A program made the position numbers and the translations under genes. From a virus (taxonomy: Duplodnaviria > Caudoviricetes), in IMG/VR virus record IMGVR_UViG_3300031994_000006, positions 1 to 64,000 of that record: 64,000 nt of DNA; one strand, written 5' to 3'. Position 1 is the first letter of the stretch; each line of letters opens with the position of its first letter. Shown here piece after piece: positions 56,671-64,000 of this stretch. The notes under the pieces are model-generated. The model worked only from the letters and a program-made list of their open reading frames with translations. It was not told the origin of the DNA and made no database searches.

Positions 56671-58191
56671 ATGAGTGAACATACTACAGTAAATCCCGTA
56701 TTCTTTGCAAGCAAGGACATGCAACTTGAGTACTGCGCGAGCGTCGTCAGGCTCGGTCCTGTGACGCCGGTGCCCGATTCCGACCATCTCGGCGTGACTG
56801 AGGTCGAGGGACAGCCCATCGTGGTCGACCGCTTCTCCACCAAGGAGGGCGACGTTATGGTATACTGCATGAACGAGACCATGCTTAACCTGAAGTTCCT
56901 GGCCGTGAACAACCAGTTCGATATATCCGAACGTGCGCAGAACGCGAACGCCAAAGAGGTATGTGCCCTGTATGACGATGACGGATCCGATGAGGCGAAG
57001 GCGAAGGCCAAGGCGATGTGCGGCTTCTTCAACAAGCACGGACGCGTCAAGATGGTCAAGCTCCGCGGCCAGTATTCGATGGGATTCCTGACGTCGCTCG
57101 AGTCTATTGTGAAGTGGCATCCGGAGATTACGCCGGACGTCCTGGACGACGCGGCCGCCCGTGCCCCGTTCAATTTCGATACCGTGTGCGGCGATCTGTT
57201 CCTCAAGGTGTACATGCCTCCTGCCCCGGAGGTCCGTCATCACGGCGGTTCCGGTCCCGTCAACGGCAAGCCGAGGTTCAAGCAGTATATCGACGGTACG
57301 GTCCCGTTCCACTATCATACGGATCCGCTCAACAAGTCGATGGCCGACATCTATCCGGATCAGGACATCGTCGTGACGCCCAAGCTGCACGGCACGAGCG
57401 CTATCTACGGACATGTACAGATTAACAAGAAGGCCAGGAAGACCATTATCTCGAGGATCTGCTCATACAGGCTCAGGACCGGCCGCTGGCAGACCTTCTC
57501 TGAGAAGATGCTCTATAAGAGACATGTCGCCAAGAAGGGCGTCGGACACGGCTATATCGCCTGCAGCCGTAAGATTGTGCTGAACGCGCATGAGGGAGTG
57601 CATCCCCGCGGCGAGTACGGCTGGATACTCGACAACCTCATCAAGGCCGTCAAGCTGCCCGAGGGCATGATCGTATACGGTGAGATTACCGGATACAAGC
57701 CCGGCGCGACGTCCATGATACAGAAGGGCTATGCCTACGGCTCCAAGTCCGGCAGGTGCACGTTCTGGCCGTACCGCATCGTGACGCCTGAGGGTGAGTG
57801 GACGATGGACAGGGTCGTCAAAAAGGCCGCTGAGTGGAAGAAGGCCCTTCCGGATGACAGGAAGGATCTTGTCGGCGTACTTCCGGTCCTCTATAAGGGC
57901 AAGGCCGGCGACATGTATCCTGAATGGAAGCCGGCGGCCGGCGAGAACGCGCTTCTGGAATGGCGTGATCATTTCCTGCATGCCGTCATGAACGACAAGG
58001 ACCGTCTCGGCATGGAGCTCAAGGAGCCGCTTAACGGCGGCAAGGAGTACCGTGAAGGCGTCGTATTCAGGGTAGGCGACAAGAAAATCGCATACAAGCA
58101 GAAATGCCTCAATTTCTCCGCCACCGAAACCAAGCGCGTCGACAAGGGTGAGATTGACGATGAGATGCTCGAGGGTTACGCGGAGGCGTGA
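56671..58191 (+). CDS. RNA ligase, Rnl2/DRB0094-like, with N-terminal OB-fold
   Basis: VTPVPDSDHL, KLRGQYSMG, TPKLHGTS, VYGEI, REGVV and YKQK. Confidence 0.85.
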   Translation: MSEHTTVNPVFFASKDMQLEYCASVVRLGPVTPVPDSDHLGVTEVEGQPIVVDRFSTKEGDVMVYCMNETMLNLKFLAVNNQFDISERAQNANAKEVCALYDDDGSDEAKAKAKAMCGFFNKHGRVKMVKLRGQYSMGFLTSLESIVKWHPEITPDVLDDAAARAPFNFDTVCGDLFLKVYMPPAPEVRHHGGSGPVNGKPRFKQYIDGTVPFHYHTDPLNKSMADIYPDQDIVVTPKLHGTSAIYGHVQINKKARKTIISRICSYRLRTGRWQTFSEKMLYKRHVAKKGVGHGYIACSRKIVLNAHEGVHPRGEYGWILDNLIKAVKLPEGMIVYGEITGYKPGATSMIQKGYAYGSKSGRCTFWPYRIVTPEGEWTMDRVVKKAAEWKKALPDDRKDLVGVLPVLYKGKAGDMYPEWKPAAGENALLEWRDHFLHAVMNDKDRLGMELKEPLNGGKEYREGVVFRVGDKKIAYKQKCLNFSATETKRVDKGEIDDEMLEGYAEA

Positions 58192-58220
58192 CCCTTTTCT
58201 TTTCCCGGCGTTATAATCAT

Positions 58221-58712
58221 ATGGAAACAGAGAGAATTATACCGGGAACGCCTATACTGTTCCTGAATGAAATCGACACGCTGAAGTCCGACCGGATGCT
58301 TATGTCCGAGGATACGAGGTACACGCCGTCCGCGATGTCGGCGCTGAATTACGTAGTCAAGTCGGTACCAGGTGTCCTGATTGTCGTGATGACGTCGAGG
58401 CCTGATACGGGTACGCTGGTACATGACGTGGAGAAGGATATGGGACTTGCCGGATTCAACGGGGAAATATATGACTGTATATCCAAGTTCCGCAGGGTAG
58501 GCGAGCCTGTGATGAAGTTCGGCAGGCTCATCGAGAACTGGCTTGATCAGAGATTCCAGCCGGATGACAGGATGAATTTCGCAATCTGCTCGGAATCGGC
58601 GGAGATGCTCTGGCACAGGCATTCCAAGTGGGTGCCTGTCAACGGATACTACGGCATGCTGGCCGTACAGGCGCAGATGGCCGTGGACATATTGACAAAT
58701 ACAGAAGGATAA
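58221..58712 (+). CDS. degenerate HAD-like (RNA-repair HAD type) protein
   Basis: ILFLNEIDTL / LIVVMTSR / IENWL...FAICSE resemble FLDIDGVL / IVISSSWR / YVILDD but lack the catalytic Asp residues. Confidence 0.4.
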   Translation: METERIIPGTPILFLNEIDTLKSDRMLMSEDTRYTPSAMSALNYVVKSVPGVLIVVMTSRPDTGTLVHDVEKDMGLAGFNGEIYDCISKFRRVGEPVMKFGRLIENWLDQRFQPDDRMNFAICSESAEMLWHRHSKWVPVNGYYGMLAVQAQMAVDILTNTEG

Positions 58713-58716
58713 TAAG

Positions 58717-59154
58717 ATGACAAAGAGAGAATACACCGGCTGTATATTCGCGTTCATGTTCGGTGAATGGGCCGTGTTGATGGAGCAGGTTCCTGCTGAC
58801 GGATGGACATTGCCGTCCAGTTCATGTGATCCCCTGGAAGACATCAGGGGCAAGCTTCAGGAGCTGATGGCCGACTGCTTCGGTATGTGTGTGCCGGCGA
58901 CGGACTTCAGCCGGTCGAGGGCCGTGTCCGGATGGATGACCGCTTTCGTCGATCCGACAGGCAAGGACGACGGCCCGGAGGTCATATTCGATGAGCTGTG
59001 TATCACAAAGCTGAGATGGCTGCCTGTCTCCAAGCTGCACAGGTTCACGGACTCTGATACTGCCGAACTCGTCAAGGCCGAGCTGCGTGCACAGGGCTTC
59101 TGGCGCAATCTGTATCATATAATCAAGTCAAAGATTAGGAAGCCTGTATTATGA
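58717..59154 (+). CDS. hypothetical protein, possibly degenerate Nudix fold
   Basis: WTLPS...E...LQEL and LRWLPV spacing; the Nudix box is not intact. Confidence 0.45.
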   Translation: MTKREYTGCIFAFMFGEWAVLMEQVPADGWTLPSSSCDPLEDIRGKLQELMADCFGMCVPATDFSRSRAVSGWMTAFVDPTGKDDGPEVIFDELCITKLRWLPVSKLHRFTDSDTAELVKAELRAQGFWRNLYHIIKSKIRKPVL

Positions 59155-59834
59155 ATGTACCTACACAGTTCAAGGACGGATCCAGGATATGGTTCACGTC
59201 GGATACGCATTACGGACATTCCAATATAATCGGATATACGAACCGTCCGTTCAGTGACGTGGACGAGATGGACGCGACATTGGTTGCCAACTGGAACAGG
59301 GCCGTCGGCAAGGATGATCTTGTATTCCATCTCGGTGACTTCTGCTTCGGTACGCCGGGTGACTGGAGGAGCATCCGCGAGCGGCTGAACGGTCATATCG
59401 TTCTGATCCTCGGCAACCATGACATGAAGATGTACGGCAAGAAACCGGAGCTCTTCAGGGATCTGTTCGAATACACATCCCCTCAGATGATGATCAGGAT
59501 TGAGAATCGCAGGGTAATCCTGAATCATTGTCCGCTGCTGTGCTACTCAGGGGCTTTCAAGAATGAGCGGGATGCTACGTGGCAGCTGTTCGGGCATGTG
59601 CACTCGGGACCGCTGAACGACAAGGGCCTTGATATACCGAGGCTCGTACACTGCTTTCCGTATCAGTACGACGTCGGCGTCGACAACAACGGGTTCGCCC
59701 CGATATCATGGAGGGACATCTGTGACAGGATTGACGAGCGGCTGCGTGAGCATGATTTCGAGCTGGGACAGAAGGTAGTTCAGGATTACCTGGAAGACAG
59801 GTCTATACAAAGGCATCATTACGGTCTTATTTGA
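59151..59834 (+). CDS. calcineurin-like metallophosphoesterase
   Basis: FTSDTHYGH, HLGDF, LGNHD, NHCP, FGHVH and DVGVD. Confidence 0.9.
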   Translation: MNVPTQFKDGSRIWFTSDTHYGHSNIIGYTNRPFSDVDEMDATLVANWNRAVGKDDLVFHLGDFCFGTPGDWRSIRERLNGHIVLILGNHDMKMYGKKPELFRDLFEYTSPQMMIRIENRRVILNHCPLLCYSGAFKNERDATWQLFGHVHSGPLNDKGLDIPRLVHCFPYQYDVGVDNNGFAPISWRDICDRIDERLREHDFELGQKVVQDYLEDRSIQRHHYGLI

Positions 59835-59866
59835 TATATAGGATTATAGACAATATTGACTTTATT

Positions 59867-60223
59867 ATGAGTAATAATAGCAGCAATGATACAATAGGAT
59901 GCGGATGCGGCGGATGGATATTCGGCCTTGTAATGACTCTGATCATCATGGCCTTCGGCGGATGCACCGAGACGAGGAAGTTCTCGGATCCCTCGACGGA
60001 TCCCCCGATGACCGTGGTCGCCGAGCCTTACGGCATTTTCAATGAGAAGGACAAGCGTGTCGACGGCGTCGTATACGAGCTGAGCGTCGGACACCTGGTC
60101 TGGTCGGTCATCCTGTGCGAGACGCTGATCACGCCGGCGTATTTCATCGGCTGGAACCTGTATCAGCCGGTCGAGTACATACCGCCCCGGAAACCGCAGT
60201 ATGATGAAAATACCGATAAATAA
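59867..60223 (+). CDS. membrane/lipoprotein-like protein
   Basis: GCGC + TM helix + AFGGC lipobox-like sequence; second TM WSVILCETLITPAYFIGWNL. Confidence 0.6.
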   Translation: MSNNSSNDTIGCGCGGWIFGLVMTLIIMAFGGCTETRKFSDPSTDPPMTVVAEPYGIFNEKDKRVDGVVYELSVGHLVWSVILCETLITPAYFIGWNLYQPVEYIPPRKPQYDENTDK

Positions 60224-60251
60224 GCCTGAGAAATCAGGCTTGTTTTATTTT

Positions 60252-61361
60252 ATGGCGATATATGGAAGCAGTTATTACGGCGGATCATCGACAACCGCGG
60301 CTGTTAATACAAATGATTACAGTCTGTTAACCAAATCGGTCCTTGATGGATATAATCTTACGATTAGTGATCCGAGTAATTTAGTGGGCAGCTACAGGCT
60401 CATTACAAAAAGCCTGTGGAATGCTATCGGCCATTCAAATTTATCTCTGAGGACCAATCCCAGCAGTTCACAGGTGCTCAGGGTCTGTGATCTTGATAAA
60501 ATCACGACTACGCCTGCGGCCGCGCCGTCAGACAGCGTCGCCAATTCATCCTGGACGTCATACGGAATAGGTAATTATGAATACCCGAGTGCCACATGCA
60601 AGTTCATTCTTTTCGAGGACCAATGGAATAACTCCGGAAGTTATTCAACCGGACTGATGCATGCCAAGTATCTTGATTATACAGATTCACTTGGCGGCGG
60701 CGGTTATATCGAAGAGGCCTATTATGAATTTTGGCTGAGACTTGAGGAATTCGCCTGTAATCATACATTTTCCGCAGTATACGGTACACTCAATTCGGCA
60801 TACGGCCAGAATCCCTATATTACAGGAGGCGTTTATAAAAACGGAAAATTTCCGTATTATGAATATACATTCGACCTTGAGTCGACTCAACAAGAACGTT
60901 CCCTGTATAGACTTACAGACAATGAGGGTGATAAACTGACATACTGGGCCAGTAATTCAGATCATCCCAGGGGCGGTCAGATCGGCTGTATCATAGTATG
61001 TCAATGGAGTTCAATCGTCAGTATCAATGACAATCATTTCAAGAATTTCAAGCTTTGGGGAGGCTGGAGAACCGGTACAGGCTGGACTACTTATACACAG
61101 CAGACTACGAATAAGTATTATAACGGAGGAGGAACAGGAGCCTACAATTACGGTAATTCGAGTTCGGGCGTACTTATAGACTGTACGCAGATAAATTCAA
61201 CCAGTCTGAACGCGCCTTGGAATCTCGGATGCTATGTGGATATGCATCCGAATAAATCATATGTTGGTTATGATGGCATTGAAGGGCCTGTCGTCATAGC
61301 ATTTATACCGAATTTTCCAATGACGAAGAATTATCTTTGTCTGTTCCATAAGAATATGTAG
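60252..61361 (+). CDS. AT-rich, Ser/Thr/Asn/Tyr/Gly-rich late protein (possible virion accessory or adhesin)
   Basis: Start MAIYGSS follows GATAAATA (60215-60222) and a hairpin; lower GC than its neighbours. Confidence 0.65.
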   Translation: MAIYGSSYYGGSSTTAAVNTNDYSLLTKSVLDGYNLTISDPSNLVGSYRLITKSLWNAIGHSNLSLRTNPSSSQVLRVCDLDKITTTPAAAPSDSVANSSWTSYGIGNYEYPSATCKFILFEDQWNNSGSYSTGLMHAKYLDYTDSLGGGGYIEEAYYEFWLRLEEFACNHTFSAVYGTLNSAYGQNPYITGGVYKNGKFPYYEYTFDLESTQQERSLYRLTDNEGDKLTYWASNSDHPRGGQIGCIIVCQWSSIVSINDNHFKNFKLWGGWRTGTGWTTYTQQTTNKYYNGGGTGAYNYGNSSSGVLIDCTQINSTSLNAPWNLGCYVDMHPNKSYVGYDGIEGPVVIAFIPNFPMTKNYLCLFHKNM

Positions 61362-61421
61362 TGACCTTTGCCGTTCTGTGCGTTATACATACAGGTATTA
61401 ACATTTAAACAGTATTCATAT

Positions 61422-61718
61422 ATGGCAAGCGGAAAGACAAATGGTACGGCTGAGAGCCCGGTTTTCGTCAAGTGCGACTATTCGTATATCCTCGGCGAGC
61501 ATACATGCGTCAGCGGCCAGTCGGTATTCAAGAAGGAATCCGGCGATCAGGTTGACGAGCAGACGATGAAGGTCTGTGTGGCCCGTGAGCATGCAGGCGG
61601 CAATTCCGTCAGATTCAAGGAGTTCGATTTCGGTTTCATCAGCGAGGCCGAGTTCAGGGAGATTGAGGATACATACAAGAAAGAGGCCGCAGAGGCCGAA
61701 GATCCGTATAATACATGA
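61422..61718 (+). CDS. hypothetical protein
   Basis: Start MASGKT; GCGTTATAC upstream at 61380. Confidence 0.6.
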   Translation: MASGKTNGTAESPVFVKCDYSYILGEHTCVSGQSVFKKESGDQVDEQTMKVCVAREHAGGNSVRFKEFDFGFISEAEFREIEDTYKKEAAEAEDPYNT

Positions 61719-62182
61719 AGAAATATCTGGAAAAGCACGGCCTGACCGTGATTGTGAACTCATTGCTTCCGTTCAGCGGATTCAAGTATATGAACCTGTT
61801 CGGCTGGATCTGGACACAGATGGAGAATTTCGTCATGACCGATGACGATGCCAACCATGAGAAGACCCATACACGGCAGGCGAGGGATTTCATCCCCGAG
61901 TTCCTGAGGGATCACCTGCCCGTATGGCTGACGGACTTCTTCGGGTACCTGATTTTCTATATATGGTACGGCATTGAATATGTGATCAAGCTGATCGCGT
62001 CGGTATTCATGAAGTCCCCGAGGGGCGTCAGGAAATGGGTGTACCGGTCGGTGTCGTTCGAGCAGGAGGCCTACTACAACAGCTGGGATCCCAATTACCT
62101 GAAAAACCGCAGGCGGTTCGCATGGACGGCATTCATATTCACGATGTTCAAGGTAAACGACATACCAGAGGTCCGGAATTAG
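61715..62182 (+). CDS. HExxH-containing conserved Bacteroidota-phage protein
   Basis: NHEKTHTRQ...YRSVSFEQEAY. Confidence 0.65.
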   Translation: MKKYLEKHGLTVIVNSLLPFSGFKYMNLFGWIWTQMENFVMTDDDANHEKTHTRQARDFIPEFLRDHLPVWLTDFFGYLIFYIWYGIEYVIKLIASVFMKSPRGVRKWVYRSVSFEQEAYYNSWDPNYLKNRRRFAWTAFIFTMFKVNDIPEVRN

Positions 62183-62218
62183 TTCCGGGCCTTTTTCATT
62201 TCCGCGCGTTTAATGTAT

Positions 62219-63766
62219 ATGGAAGGATTGTATAAGAAAAACAGGACAGACATACAGGAGTATTCGTTCGATGACATACGCGCCGGCAAGGACGGCGCGC
62301 TGCTCATATATGAGTACGTGAGGGGAAGCACCGCGTACGGGCTCGCCGATCCGGACAGCGACGTCGATACCGGAGGCGTCTATATGGAGCCGGTCCGTCA
62401 GCTGTTCAGCATTGATCTGTGCGCAAGGCAGGACGAGGTGCATGACGAGAGGCACGATACGGTCTGGTTCTCACTCGACAAGTTCTTCAGGCTGCTGCTC
62501 AAGGCCAACCCCACGGTTCTCGAGGCATTGTTCATACCGAAGGAACACGTCATATACGAGCATCCTATCATGACCGAGATCAAGGAGCATGCCGGCATGT
62601 TCCTGACCAAGCAGTGCTTCGGCTCGTTCATCAACTACTCGTCCAACCAGATACAGCGGGCCAGGAGCCTCGGCAAGAAGATCGTCAGCAAGTACGACGG
62701 TCCCCGTCCGACCGTGCTCGACATGTGCTGGGTGCCGCAGGACAACGGATCCAAGAAGGTCAAGGTCTGGCTTGAGGAGAACGGCCTGCTGCAGAAGTTC
62801 TGCGGCATGGTCAACATCCCGCATATGAGGGACACCTACGGCCTGTACTATGATTTCGCGTCGCATCTGAGGTATGTGTACGGTATCAGGAACTTCTGGC
62901 AGTTCATGCAGGATTTCAGGAACGTCAAGAAGGCCGAGGCCGCCGGTGAGGGATATCAGGAGCCGGCCCGGTGCCGGCTGTACCTGTTCATCGAAAGGCA
63001 CTTCCTTAACGCGTACGGCCTGCGCATGGTCGACGGGCAGCTCGGGGATATCGACGCCCGGAAGATCTGGGACGAGCATCTCGGCAGGCCCGGCCTGTGC
63101 TATAAGGGCATCGTGCATGAGGAGGAGGACGGGACCGACGGGGGACGCGAGTCGACATGCGTCCGCCTGTCAAGTGTCCCCAAGGGCGAGGAGAAGCTCG
63201 CCGTCATGACGTTCAGCAAGGATCAGTGGATGACCGAGTGCCGCGAGTGGCGCGAGTATCAGGAATTCAAGGCCAACCGCAATGAGAAGCGGTTCAACCT
63301 GGCCAAGGCCGACGAGTTCGACCGCAAGAACGTCATGCACTGCATGCGCCTGCTGCACATGGGGCTCGAGATAGCCCGCGGCGAGGGATTCCACGTCGAC
63401 CGCAGGGGACGCGACGCCGAGCAGCTCAGGGCTATCCGGCGGGGCGAGGCGACGTATGACGAGATCATGCGGGAGATACAGTCGAACCGTGACGAGATGA
63501 TGCTCATCATGCAGGAGTCGAAACTGCCGGATCAGTTCGACTACGAGGCCGTTCAGGAATTCCTGAGGGAAATCCGCAAGAAGCAGATGATGAAATGGAT
63601 CGGCGTTGAATCAGGCGCCGGCAACGGCAGTGCCGACGACCTGGAGATGGCATGGTCGCGGGGTGTCGAGCAGCTTCGTGAGATTGTCGACCGTCATGTC
63701 AGTGACGATATATACCAGGCCATACGCAGGGATTTCGCAAACGAGACCGGAAAGGACATACTCTGA
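62219..63766 (+). CDS. nucleotidyltransferase (YcgL / T4 NrdC.11-like)
   Basis: RGSTAYGL..PDSDVD, LLKANPTVLE and KNVMHCMRLL; start 4 nt after GCGTTTAAT. Confidence 0.85.
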   Translation: MEGLYKKNRTDIQEYSFDDIRAGKDGALLIYEYVRGSTAYGLADPDSDVDTGGVYMEPVRQLFSIDLCARQDEVHDERHDTVWFSLDKFFRLLLKANPTVLEALFIPKEHVIYEHPIMTEIKEHAGMFLTKQCFGSFINYSSNQIQRARSLGKKIVSKYDGPRPTVLDMCWVPQDNGSKKVKVWLEENGLLQKFCGMVNIPHMRDTYGLYYDFASHLRYVYGIRNFWQFMQDFRNVKKAEAAGEGYQEPARCRLYLFIERHFLNAYGLRMVDGQLGDIDARKIWDEHLGRPGLCYKGIVHEEEDGTDGGRESTCVRLSSVPKGEEKLAVMTFSKDQWMTECREWREYQEFKANRNEKRFNLAKADEFDRKNVMHCMRLLHMGLEIARGEGFHVDRRGRDAEQLRAIRRGEATYDEIMREIQSNRDEMMLIMQESKLPDQFDYEAVQEFLREIRKKQMMKWIGVESGAGNGSADDLEMAWSRGVEQLREIVDRHVSDDIYQAIRRDFANETGKDIL

Positions 63767-64000
63767 TGCTGAGGGATTTTCTGTACCGGCTTCTGTGCCG
63801 GCATGTATACATATTCGACCGTAACGTATATGGCGACGAGATCAACCGGACCGGGTACAGGTCATGGTGGAGATGCTGCAAGTGCGGCGCATATAAAGGA
63901 AGTGAGAGGCTTTATCAGCCAGATAAAGAGGACTGAATATGAAAGGACTGTTGATAACGCTCCCGGCATCCGTGAAATGGGAGGATTATGAGAAAGAGCT

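Noticed and set aside
63803-63991. 62-aa ORF at the window end
   Set aside because: Short, no recognisable motif, and its context is truncated.
1-64000. Stop-codon reassignment (TAG=Gln) as in Lak and some crAss-like phages
   Set aside because: Genes are full length under code 11, and TAG ends genes right before terminators or the next gene (6939, 18081, 23410, 37143).
1-64000. tRNA, rRNA, introns/inteins, DGR, transposases
   Set aside because: I recognised no cloverleaf, reverse transcriptase, TR/VR pair, homing endonuclease or intein motif by eye. A tRNAscan or Infernal run would be needed to exclude them.

Overview
A 64-kb segment of a T4-like (Tevenvirinae-type core gene) jumbo myophage, standard genetic code, probably infecting a Bacteroidota host (TAnnTTTG host-type promoters, Bacteroidetes-like ClpX). 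Genes run mostly on the minus strand to ~44.1 kb and on the plus strand from 44.7 kb. Recognisable core genes: ECF-like sigma factor, DinG-like helicase, UvsX/UvsY/UvsW, RuvC-like resolvase, portal (gp20), prohead protease (gp21) with a long acidic scaffold-like tail, gp2-like DNA end protector, small terminase (gp16), MoxR-like ATPase plus a VWA/metallopeptidase partner, Dam methylase, ClpX, DHFR, RNA ligase, phosphoesterases and nucleotidyltransferases. The main finding is a candidate tagged polyprotein system. A 13-aa peptide, E-A-F-[RK]-A-G-N-R-A-R-K-K-E, almost always preceded by a hydrophobic-x-E site of the kind the T4 prohead protease cuts, recurs 11 times (plus one degenerate copy) in three genes. 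It separates mostly unrelated ~155-290-aa modules. The inference is capsid-packaged effector cargo, matured by the phage protease and shuffled as cassettes. Other signals: three distinct promoter classes (host TATCTTTG, GCGTTTAAT with leaderless starts, late GATAAATA), long perfect purine-pyrimidine alternating tracts at two divergent intergenic regions, and a four-unit hairpin array before the RNA ligase. All functional calls come from motif recognition by eye, without database searches.
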